Of a DNA stretch of 33,000 nucleotides, positions 21,538 to 32,019 are shown in pieces (position 1 is the stretch's first letter; each line of letters starts with the position of its first letter). The stretch is from Octopus sinensis (Eukaryota): positions 99,820,001 through 99,853,000 of the forward strand of contig NC_043001.1 in the NCBI RefSeq assembly GCF_006345805.1. The letters run 5' to 3'. A program made the position numbers and the translations under genes. Below the pieces are notes generated by a model that searched no databases, was not told the origin of the DNA, and saw nothing but the letters and a program-made list of their open reading frames with translations.

Positions 21538-22005
21538 CTATTTGAAAATGCACAGAGAACGTTATTTCAAATACATTACATGTGTACATTACAACAATTA
21601 TCTCTGTTTAAAATATTTTTAATGCTTGTTGTTCCAGGAATCAAATTTTTAAGAAGCTAATAATATTATGTAAAAGTTTGTCTGAAAGGTTCAACTTTCA
21701 AACATTTTATTCATATTCAATTATCAAAAAAACTGTTGAAGTTATTTTTGTCCAGTTAACAAAAAATAACAATATTGACTTTACACAATCACATTTAAGT
21801 CTCCTCTTGAAGTCTTTATATATTTTTTTGCCTTCCATTCTGATTACTACCAAATAATATATCAATTGCTTACTTAATAAACACCATTAAAATGTAACAA
21901 CTGTCCATAACAATCTCGCTGTTGCTTGCATCAACTGATACTTTTGGTATATAGATTCTTAAGTTATTTGTGTCTATACATGTTTGTCAAATTCTCAAAG
22001 CATAC

Positions 22006-22034
22006 CCATTAGATCATACACTGCTTTTTTTACT
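22006..22034 (-). CDS. Candidate 29-nt exon, unidentified gene
   Basis: Acceptor tgaattttAG and donor GG|GTATGC. Only one frame is open (VKKAVYDLM), phase-compatible with the SKFFGTP.. frame of 21474-21537. Confidence 0.25.
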
Positions 22035-22859
22035 CTAAAATTCATATTAATCTTTCTTATAGTTCTACTCAAGATTTTGTATTAAGATATTTTGTGGAAA
22101 CAATTTTTCACAAATAAATAGTTATTGATTTCTGATATTATAAATTATTGTAGCTTCCCTGGAGTAAGAATGGTTAGTTGCTGAGCAAATATAATTTAAA
22201 ACTGATATAAGATTCATCAAATAAAATACAAAAATAGTGTAATATCCATGAGCATAGAACTTCAACTATTAAAGTAAACATTTAATTCTTTTTGAGAATG
22301 AGAAACAGATCTTTAGGAAGTTGCCATGGAAACTGTTTTATACAACAGTACATTCTCCAGCCACATTCACATCAGACATTAAAAATCCAGTTCCTTAAAG
22401 ATGTAGATCCCCTGGGCAGGCTTATTGGTCATTTGTTTGTGACAGAGGTGTAATTACTTAGAAGAATGTCGAATGTGTCTTATTGCAGATAGATATAAAT
22501 AGCTAGTTCCTGACATGAGCAAAGACCATCAGAAAGTTTCATAACATAAAGAGACCATAGCTCAGTTTACTGGAAATTTTATAAAAAGAAATGGCCTTCA
22601 GCATTTTTGGATCAGTAGGGAACTGAGAAAAGGAGCTAAGGAAGTCAGAGAGAGAAAAACTTGTGGCTTCAACTGCCAGCTTCAGAAAAAACTGGGCTAA
22701 TAATGTGCAAAGTTGTATGTAGGACAGGAAGTCATTGATGTTCATGATCACTAAGACCAGGGGCATGCCACAAGAAGAGAGAAACTTTAATTATTTTAAT
22801 ATTGAGTTACCTCTCTATATATTTTTATGACGCTGGAATCTGCTTATTATAACTATAGA

Positions 22860-23975
22860 TGAACAGATAAATCACAAACCTCTTCTGAGAGATGGCCCTG
22901 ATCAATATGTAGAAAAAGTGAAGGTAGAAACTGCATAAGGTGTACCCCATGCAAGCTATGGAAACAAGAAATGCAGTAATGTGAGAGGAAGGTTAACAGA
23001 GAAACTAGTCTTTGTGTATGGCAGGTGTGCAGGTAGAGTATAGACTGGTAGAAAGTAGAGAAGACAGACTTTGTCAAATGCCCAGAGGGATCCTTATGAA
23101 TACTAGGTAGCTTCTGTTACCCAGGTGACCAAGTCAACAGAGGAGATGGATGCTGTGAGAGCATAGTTACTAGAATAAGAATGGGATGGGCCAAGTTCAG
23201 AGAGCTTCTACCTATGATGGTAAAATAAGGTTTCACTCTCAGAGAGAAAGGCAGATTGTATGATGTCTGTGTACTAATAACTATGCTGAGTGGCAGTGAA
23301 ACATGGTCTGTGGCTGCAGAGGACATGTGAAGGTGTGAAAGAAATGAAGCCAGCATGCTCTGCAGGATGTGCAATGTCAGTGTCCATGTACAACAGAGTG
23401 TAGGTGCCTTGAGAAAAACATTGAGTATAAGAGGCATCAGATGTTGTGTGCATGAGAGAAGACTGCTAGTATGGTCATGCGATGTGTATGGATGAGGACA
23501 GCTAATGTAAAGAAGTGTTGATTTCTAATTGTGGAGGGAAGATGTAAGAAGATGGAGGGCAAGGTGGTGAAATATAATCTTTGGTTGTTAAGCCTCACAG
23601 AAGCAATGACAAGTGACCAAAACTTCTGGCAATTTCTTGTGCTAAAGAAAACATGTCAAATTAAGTGAAATCATGGCCAGTGCTGGTGACAAGTAAAAGG
23701 TACCCAGTGACACATAACAGGTTCTCGTGCCAGTGGCATCTAAAAGGCATCTCTGTTGGAGACATGTAAAAAGGCACTCATGCTGGTGACAGATGAATGA
23801 CATCCAGTACACTCTGTAAAGTTGCTGGCATTAGGAAGGGCATCCAGCCCTAAGAACCAAGCCAAAACAGATGACCAAAGCATGCCGCAACTCCTGGGTT
23901 ACCAATTCCAGTCAAAACATCTAACCGATGCCAGCATAGAAAATGAAGGTTAAATGATGATGATGATGATGATGC
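22860..23975 (+). mobile_element. RTE-clade LINE, 5'-truncated: PHD-like finger, end of RT, C-terminal domain, 3'UTR, (ATG)n tail
   Basis: WP*SICRK..RNCIRCTPCKLW..KCS..FVYGRC, then SFCYPGDQV..GCCESIVTRIRMGWAKFRELLP..KGRLYDVCV..MLSGSETW..ERNEASML..RRL/WYGH. These are canonical RTE motifs, with stops and frameshifts. Confidence 0.92.
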
Positions 23976-24469
23976 TATTAGCAGTTATTGCAACTAAAAT
24001 ATGTAAAAATGTGCGCATGGTAAAGAAAAACACACAGATATTTTATCAGTGGAAGTGCAATCAAAATGTATTGCTAAGCATTTACCTGAGATTATTTCTC
24101 ATATAGATAAAAAAACGGGTTTTATTTTTATATAATACTTGAGCATACTGATTTCTTTAAAAATAAAAATATCAAAGGATATAAATCTTAACAAACCCAA
24201 GAGACAGTTTTATGGTAAGCAATAATGAAGAGACAAAAATTAAGGTTTCCAGTTAATGGAGGGAAATATGTCCTGTTAATACAATTCTAATACAAACGTG
24301 TGCATAAACACAGCAATTTTTTTCACAACTGGTTATGCAAGTTAGATTTGGAAATGAAGTGGAAAATATTTATATTAGTTGACAAGTGCATGACACATAG
24401 AAATAATTGATCATTAAAGGACATCAGGGTACTTAACTTGCCTTTAAACAACATCGTTGAGTCAGTCAT

Positions 24470-24557
24470 GATATATATATATGTGTGTGTGTATATATAT
24501 ATATACATACATATATATATATATACACATATATATATACATCTATATATATGTACA

Positions 24558-24600
<43 letters not shown>

Positions 24601-24765
24601 ATATATATATACATACATATATATATACACATATATATATACATCTATATATATGTACATCTGTATATATATATATATATAATATATATATGTGTGTGTG
24701 TATATATATATACATACATATATATACACATATATATATACATCTATATATATGTACATCTGTAT

Positions 24766-24815
<50 letters not shown>

Positions 24816-24834
24816 CTCTCTATATATATGTACA

Positions 24835-24875
<41 letters not shown>

Positions 24876-24884
24876 TATATATAC

Positions 24885-24957
<73 letters not shown>

Positions 24958-24965
24958 TATATATA
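24470..24965. repeat. Compound (TA)/(TG)/(CT) microsatellite with a ~100-110-bp higher-order unit repeated 3 times
   Basis: Units start at about 24481, 24591 and 24691, each TGTGTG-(TA)n-CATACA-(TA)n-CACA-(TA)n-CATCTATATATATGTACATCTG-(TA)n. (CT)n run at about 24886-24920. Confidence 0.9.
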
Positions 24966-24969
24966 TATG

Positions 24970-25170
24970 TGACCGCGTGTGAACTGTTGGCGATTTTTTT
25001 TTCCTCTGTCTTCCCTTTTCTGGATCTTTCCTTCTCCTATGTTTCCGACAAAGAGCTCCACTCGAAACGTTAAACCCTCCTTCTTTCCTGAGCGTCCAAT
25101 AATACTATATTTATTCCACGTCCTCGTGTTGTTGTGTTTTTTTGTGCTTTCATGTTTGGATTAACTACAT
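24970..25170 (+). mobile_element. Penelope-like terminal-repeat fragment with a decayed hammerhead (25041-25075)
   Basis: GTTT-CCGACAA-A-GAG-CTCCA-CTC-GAAA-CG-T-T-AAAC. Stems I, II and the palindromic ACGU stem III are present, but the core has U4>C and G8>A. Confidence 0.6.
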
Positions 25171-25209
25171 ATATAGACACACACACACACACACCACACA
25201 CATATATAT

Positions 25210-25440
25210 ATTAATACTGATAGTATGACAACAAAAGAATGAATGAGACCTCGATATTATGTAAAATAGAGGAATTTATCTATAAATATACGTGACAGTT
25301 GGTTGACATAATAAAACTCAGAGTTTCAGATACTGGGGATGAAGTCTGCTCTAGCATCTCATCAGTTATTAAGACAAAATGCTCTGAAAAAAAAACCTGT
25401 TAAATAAGGGGAAGTTACTCCAATAGGCATGGTGAAAGTA
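25210..25440 (-). mobile_element. Penelope-like terminal-repeat fragment of a different family
   Basis: Carries the hammerhead at 25309-25371 and lies between microsatellites, a known insertion context for some Penelope-like elements. Confidence 0.55.
25309..25371 (-). ncRNA. Type I hammerhead ribozyme, core intact, base of stem II imperfect
   Basis: UAAUAA-CUGAUGA (25365-25359)-GAUGCUAG...CCAGUAUC-U-GAAA (25327-25324)-CUC-U-GAG-U-U-UUAUUA. Stem I 6 bp, stem III ACUC/GAGU. There is a one-base register problem at 10.1/11.1 and H17 is U. Confidence 0.6.
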
Positions 25441-25819
25441 ATACTTCATTCATAGAATCCACATGTGTACACATATACACACACACACATACATGTACGC
25501 ACACACACACATGTATGTAGATATATATATCTATATACATACTCACACACGCGTGTACATAATACATACAAACAAATTTATACATATGTATGTCTACACA
25601 TACACACGCATATATGCTCATGCACACATCACTACACTCAAATATACAACTCTACATGCACACACACATACATATGCAGATATACAAAACATAGTTTATA
25701 CGCTCATGCATATACACATACGGAAAATGTATATACAAACACATGAAAAAAACACATCAAAATGCTCATATACACATCTCTATATGCACATACACATACA
25801 TACGTGGATATACAAAACG

Positions 25820-26340
25820 TAGTCTATACGCTTATGCTGGCATGGGTTGGACAGTTTGACCAGAGCTGGCAATTTGGGAAGCTGTGCCAGACTCCAGTCT
25901 GATTTGGCATGGTTTCTATGGCTGAATGCCCTTCCTAATGCCAGCCATTTTACAGAGTGTGCTGGGCACTTTTTTATGTGGGACTGTGCAGGCTTTTTTT
26001 TACATATCACCACATGGGTGCTCTTATGTGACTGTACAGGTGCTTTTACATGGCACCATACAAGCACTTTCACATTACTGCATGGATGCATTTATGTGGC
26101 ACCGTACAGGTACATTTACATGGCATGCATGGTTGCTTTCCAGTGGTACTGCATGGGTGCTTTTACGTGGCACACACGGATGCTTTTATGCTGCACCACA
26201 ATGAGTACTTTACACCACCTGAAGGATTGGTTTTAACACTTCTGCTGCAGTGGAGTACAAGTCTTCTTGAGTATGGCAAGGTACCAAGCCTCTCAGTCTT
26301 TTGTCATCTCACCTGAAAAGTTCAGCATCCTGAGTTCATT
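25820..26340 (-). mobile_element. RTE-family 3' fragment (ORF2 end + tandem-repeat-rich 3'UTR)
   Basis: Minus translation VKNELRMLNFSGEMTKD*EAWYLAILKKTC. The UTR has multiple GTGCCA..TAAAAGCAC units and the conserved tail block. Confidence 0.8.
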
Positions 26341-26600
26341 CTTCACACACACACTTTCTAAACAAAACCACACACTCTATCCAAAAGGTCTCTAACCGTC
26401 CAAGATCTATCTTTAATTGACTAATAAGGAATGTGTGTATTAGAATAACAAAATAATTAATTACTGCTGCTTGGTGTTGCTATGGTCACTTACATACCTA
26501 ATGGTAGGGCACACATACCAAATAGTCACAGAAAGCAACAGATGCATTGTTCTGATAATAGTAAGTGGAATTATCAGAACAGTAATAGTAGTATTACTTT

Positions 26601-26850
26601 CTTGTGAAAGGTAGGAGAGTCCAGTTTGCTGGACATTGTTGTAGAGCTGAAAAAGAAGTCATTTCTACTCTTCTCCTCTGGAAGCCATCTACTCGCAATA
26701 CCAGAGGGCGCACACTCTCCTACCCTGATGTAATCTCCAGGGATACAGGCATCCAGCAACAGGACCTCCATAATGCCATGATGGACCGTGAAGTCTGGCG
26801 TAGCATGGTAAATTCCATTGTCTCGACCACGGTCGAACAATTATGATGAA
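26601..26850 (+). mobile_element. RTE-clade LINE C-terminal fragment, second family, little decayed
   Basis: ORF VKGRRVQFAGHCCRAEKEVISTLLLWKPSTRNTRGRTLSYPDVISRDTGIQQQDLHNAMMDREVWR matches RRxxFAGHxxR..LLW.P..RGR..D..DRxxWR. Confidence 0.85.
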
Positions 26851-26959
26851 TAGTAGTAGAATAGTAGTTGTGAGTTTGGTAACATAAAACTAACAGTAAT
26901 AATGGTACTAATAACAATAATAATAACCAAATAAAAGACTGCAGTATGCCTTTCTTGTA

Positions 26960-27161
26960 TAGTCAGAAAGCCTGTAATTTTGGAGAAGGGGGCCAGTCGA
27001 TTACATTGGTCCCAGTGTTCAACTGGTTCTTATTTTTTCAACCCCCAAAGGGATGAAATTCAAAATCAGCCTCAGTGGCATTTGAACTCAGAACATAAAG
27101 CAGACGAAATGCTGCTAAGCATTTTGTCCTACGCGCTAATGATTCTATCAGCTTCCCACCT
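26960..27161 (-). mobile_element. tRNA-derived SINE, same family as 9823-10040
   Basis: Reverse complement aligns along its length (A-box region, GAGTTCAAAT B-box, central block). Confidence 0.85.
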
Positions 27162-28014
27162 TATTAAAGGCTGTAATATCAGACCTAATAATAACAAAAC
27201 TTGAGGATGATTTGAGAAGTAATTGTATAATTTGCGTTAAGAAGACTTGTAACTGTAATTCTAATTAATGTTCCAGAGATCTGGACAGTGAAGTCTTACA
27301 TATAAATAATAATGTTTGTAATTCAGAATATGTTGATAATGCAGGTAATATTAATTATTAACAATAAATATAATGGCAATAGAAACGACTTTGGCTGTAA
27401 GGAGGGGAAAGTATGAAAGCGTATAATGGGTGCTATAAGTATACTGTTAAGAAAAATAGACATAAAAAAATGTCATATGGTATAAATCTCTATACAATCT
27501 ATATATAAAGTCTAGGCATCAAAACTACTCTTCTTTATGCTTGGAGAAAACTTCACAGTGCAGCTAGATTTTTTTAAACCATGCACTGCCAATCTTTCTT
27601 ACTGTACAACTCCCAAATTTCAGCTAATACTGCAGGGTAAAACAGTTTTAAATTAAGGAAAGATAAGTTGACAAAAGATGGCTGTTGTACTCTAGCTGAA
27701 GAGAAAACATGCTCAGGTTACTTTCTCTCAGAAAAATATGTCTTTGGTGACCATTGATTTACTGGGACAGATTACACATGTAGGATAATTAATGGTAGTA
27801 GTTAGATTAATAATTGTTCTAATGGCAATAACATTGGTAATTCTAATGTACAAATTACTAACAGTAATGTGACTGTAGGATCTACCAATATGCAAGGTAC
27901 TGATGCCAATCAAGTGGTTGACAATACTAACAAATCAGCTAGTAATGCAGTTTGCGTAATTTCAGGAATTGCAAGCTCTTTAAATAGGTGTAAGTAATGC
28001 AGTATACAAATTCA

Positions 28015-28412
28015 GGGTAGTTAAAATTATTAACCATCTTACTAACAATAACTCTGAGCACCTTTTCAAACTCCACCTGTCTAACACCCAGGGACATGTT
28101 TACAAAGTCAGAAAACAGCACAGCTCCCATGACTTTTGGAAACATTTTTTCACACTAAGAGTTGCTGAAGCATGGAACAAACTGCCGGCATCAGTTGTTA
28201 GTTGTTGGAGCACTGCATCCTTCAAAACTTCCATGCTTCCTGACATTCACCAACATTACACCTGATTTTCTCCCCTCCATACACACGCAGGCATGTATCT
28301 GACTCATACACTTTTCACTTCCCAGACATTTGTACATTACTGCATATACTTTATATGCACTTTTGACAAGTTGTGGTGCACCTGAGCACTGTATACAATA
28401 ATTTCATTATTA
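28015..28412 (+). mobile_element. CR1-type LINE 3' end
   Basis: 28023-28263 reads KIINHL..LFKLHLSNTQGHVYKVRKQHSSHDFWKHFFTLRVAEAWNKLPASVV..STASFKTSM (TRGH..K..FF..RV...WN.LP..VV...FK), followed by a 3'UTR and an (ATT)n tail. Confidence 0.92.
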
Positions 28413-29132
28413 TATTATATTACACGCACCAAGAAAAAACCAGTAGACAATGCATAGACCTTGTGGCTATTAATCTTAAGAGAAGATGCTTTGCACATGG
28501 ACACTGTTTCAAGCATCCAAAATTAGCACACTCAGCTTCAAGGACAGAATACGTGCAATAACTCAAACATATGAATAGTGATTATCAGAATAGAGCATTA
28601 TGAAATTCATGATTCCTTACAAAGAAGAGCAGAGTGGGGGTTAGTTGTGCTACCAAGAGGCACTCAAAAATTAGGCTATCAGTTAATGTTTGATATGAAG
28701 TTACTAAAGATTTGGTAATTATACTGGTGCTAATATTTCTTTTTGTTCTTTTTAAAATTTGTTTTATTATTAAAATGGCTTCACATTTTCAGTTTGGCCA
28801 TTTTAAAGCTGATTTTGTGTATTCATTTTTATTTTCAGAGAAATCAACTATTTTCATATTTGAAGCTCTATTATTCAGTCTTGAAGATGTTTGACAAAAA
28901 TATAAAATACATGATTCTAATTTAAGCATTAGTCCAGAATGTGGTGCACACCACACTTAGAAGAGTTAAATGAAAATAAAATGAAAGGAAAATAAAAGCA
29001 TGAAAGATAAAGGATAATGAAGTGTTTCTGCATACAAAGAGTAAAAAAAAAGAAAATAGAACCATGCTAAGTGTAGCTGCAAACCAAGGAACAACTGTAC
29101 ACACAGACACACATACACGTATATATGTATGT

Positions 29133-29250
29133 ATCATCACTAATTGTGATTGAGGGTGCAGAAGCAACTATATTGCAAGAAATAAGAGTTAAAACTCTTA
29201 TCTTCTGCAATATAGGTGCTTCAGCACCCTCAGTCACATTTGGTGATGAT
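29133..29250. repeat. Fold-back palindrome, 58-bp arms (8 mismatches), 2-nt centre; MITE-like
   Basis: Arms 29133-29190 and 29193-29250 compared by hand. The mirrored ORF starts MLLHPQSQLVMI (-) and MLQHPQSHLVMI (+) reflect the symmetry. Confidence 0.9.
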
Positions 29251-29318
29251 TAAATTTTTCCTTTATGGTCTTATATTGTACCTAGTTTTTATATTATATG
29301 TATGTATGTATGTATGTA

Positions 29319-29356
<38 letters not shown>

Positions 29357-29374
29357 CGTGCATGCGTGTGTATA

Positions 29375-29555
29375 TGTAGTTCTGTATGGCTGAATAGTCA
29401 AGAAGTTCTCTTTACAACCAAGAGGAGGTAGGTTTTGAAACCAGTGTGACAACGTGGCAGCTAGTGTAAATGCCATTTCTAAGAGTCTCACAATGTCCCA
29501 TAGTTTGTGAGTGAAATTAGAGAGAGATGGAAACTGTACAGAAGCTTGTCTGGTG
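29375..29555 (+). mobile_element. Highly degenerate CORE-type SINE copy
   Basis: TGGCTGAATAGTCAAGAAGT...TTTGTGAGTGAAATT..GGAAACTGTACAGAAGC parallels the 19058 copy. Confidence 0.55.
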
Positions 29556-29840
29556 GAGTGGACCTGCAATTCAAAATGGTAGAGCCTTGTCATACACTAT
29601 CACTAGACTGATTCTGATTAAGAATTACAATAGAGGTACTCAGGTCTGGGGAATACTCAGTCACCGAGATGTCAATTCAGCTGAACCCAAATTCAGTTGA
29701 TTCAACAACTGAGTTTGCATTAGTGAATGATGGAGTTCCACTATATATGTGTGTGCATGTATATATATATATATATACACATACACATTAAGTCAATTCA
29801 TTTTGCAAGATTCCTAATGTGAAATCATGTGTTGAAACAG

Positions 29841-30137
29841 ATATTGTATTCTGGGATGGCCATTTTTTTTTGCCAAATAAACACACGCACTATATATATA
29901 TTTTTTTCTTCACTCATTTATTATTGTTCTTATTTTATTATTTTAACTCATGTCCATTGTCCGGAAGTCTTTTGTCACACAACTGTGACCTCTTTAGCGA
30001 CACTTATTTTAGACAAAGGGCATGAGTGAAAACAATAAAATAGGAACTGTAATAAATGAGTGAAGAAAAAAGAATATGTGGTGCATATGTTTATTTGGCA
30101 ATAAAAAAAAAAATGACCATCCTGAAATACAACAATA
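29841..30137. repeat. Diverged inverted repeat (~125-130-bp arms, ~40-bp spacer) with a decayed hammerhead at its centre
   Basis: Arms at about 29841-29966 and 30008-30137 share TGCCAAATAAACA and TTTTTTCTTCACTCATTTATTA. Minus 30002-29958 reads UGUCG-CUAAAGA-GGUCACA-GUUG-UGUGAC-AAAA-GACUUC-CGGACA. Confidence 0.8.
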
Positions 30138-30140
30138 TAT

Positions 30141-30510
30141 ATCATCATCTTTTAATGTCCACTTTCCATGCTGACATAGGTTGGACGGTTTGACTGAGGA
30201 CTGGTAAGTAAGGAGGCTGCACCAGGCTCCCATCTGATGTGGCAAGGTTTCTACAACTGGATGCCCTTCCTAACGCCAACCACTCTGAGAGTGTAGTGGG
30301 TGCTTTTTACATGCCAGTCAGGCAATATTGGCATCAGACATGACAATGATTTCACTTGACTCAACAGGTTTTCTCTCAAGCACAGTTTATTGCCCAATGA
30401 TTGAAGGGTACTCTTAAATGGGCTGGTTATGCTGCAACTGGCATAGGCCATGGCTACAGTCTCACTTCTCTTGTTGGGTCTTCCCAAGCACAGCATATCT
30501 CCAAAGATAA
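30141..30510 (-). mobile_element. RTE-family 3' fragment
   Basis: (CAT) tail and conserved GGATGCCCTTCCTAACGCCAACCACTC block. Confidence 0.85.
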
Positions 30511-31673
30511 TGTAAGGAATGGAAAGGTAAATAGAGACTATGTGTGTTTCATAGCTAAACTTCATATGTTATATAACTCGTTACATGTACAAAAACCATT
30601 TAGCTAATCCTCAGGTCACATTACCTTGGATTTGTTTACATCATTGCATAGAGAAGTGCATATCAGTCACTAATTTAGCTGCAGTAAAATGGTAGATTAA
30701 GAAAGTTAAGTCAGATGACCAATGAGAATAATTGTCAGTAGGCAAACAGCCAATAACAGGAAAAGAAGTCGGTTTATTTTCAGATGTCAATTGATGGAGG
30801 GGAACTTTCTCTTAAAGTAAGGTTCAGTAGATAAGTTGTAGGCAGTCTTTTTGTGCTCTTTAAAGGAAACAAATCTGCAAGTTATGTGTGTAAATGGTGA
30901 ATGTCTATTGTAGAAAAATGTTGAGTCATAACAATAATTTTAAATCTTCATTAAAATTAAACTTACTTCATATCATACTGCCTGACATTTGGTCATGCTT
31001 TTAGGGTTATGGGGAAATAGGCATCATTTAATTCTTGCTTATAGTGAAAACCTCTAATTTTTTTTACTTTAAAAGTTTAGGAAAGTGCAAATATAGTGTA
31101 CAGACACACAGTGTACACACACACACACTCACACACACACACACACACACAAACATATACACATGAAATATGGCCATGTATTTTAGGTAGGGAAAATAGG
31201 CACCCGTTTAAAAATCAGGGAAATGTTTGCATTAGGGTTAGGGTTATACCTGGCATTGGCTGGGCTAAAGGAAATAATGAAATTTGAAAATGCCTTTTAG
31301 ATCTCTTCATGAAACATAGACTATGCAGGTCTTTCCTCCTCGGAGCTGAGATACCAACTTTATGCATTAATAGCCCAGCGTTTCCCAGGTTATGAAAATA
31401 ATGAAACTTAAGTATGCCTTTTAAATCCCTAAGTAAAAGGAAACATGGATTATGCAGTACTCAACAGTAATTAGCTGAGGTACTAATTATTAATGTCAAT
31501 AACATGTTTTATTTGATATTCTTGCTGTTAAAATTGTTTAAAAACCAAGTAGTTCTTAGTCTTTGCAATCACCTTCAATTGTCAGAACTTATTTGGAACA
31601 TGTTAAACCTGAAAATGCATAAATTTGAGAAGAACTGACCTGTAGGTGCTCCCCTCCTGTTAATAAGTACATT

Positions 31674-31850
31674 TAAAAGCACCCACTACACTCTCGGAGT
31701 GGTTGGCCTCAGGAAGGGCATTTAGCTGTAGAAACTTTGCCAGATCAGATTGGAGCCTGGTGCAGCCTTCTGGCTTGTCAGTCCTCAGTCAGCCCATCCA
31801 ACCCATACCAGTATGGAAAGTGGATGTTAAATGACAATGATGATGATGAT
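31674..31850 (+). mobile_element. RTE-family 3' tail copy
   Basis: AAAAGCACCCACTACACTCTCGGAGTGGTTGG...GTTAAATGACAATGATGATGATGAT. Confidence 0.88.
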
Positions 31851-32019
31851 TTAACAAAAATTCTGTCAGATGATGTGAGTGTAAACAACTATATTGAAAT
31901 AAATCTGGAAATCAATCATGGTTTCATTATCTGGAGCTTCTAAATAAACAATGTTTTGAGTGTATAAATGAAAAGGTTTTGGGGACTTTCAATTCATGAA
32001 CATCCTACATATAATGAGA

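Noticed and set aside
24323-24982. Many long ORFs rich in Y/I/C/V/H/T (also 1054-1236, 7397-7690, 14860-15111, 25415-25822)
   Set aside because: They are translations of (TA)/(TG)/(CA) microsatellites that lack stop codons.
27499-27520. TCTATATATAAAG resembling a Helitron 5' end
   Set aside because: No matching hairpin + CTAG 3' end was found downstream, and the motif is common in TA-rich DNA.
30784-30816. Plus-strand 33-nt pseudo-exon (MSIDGGELSLK, donor GTAAGG)
   Set aside because: Isolated, with a short tract. It shows such signals arise by chance, which is why the minus-strand exon calls carry low confidence.
31232-31246. TTAGGGTTAGGGTTA telomere-like run
   Set aside because: Only 2.5 units, too short to call an interstitial telomeric array.
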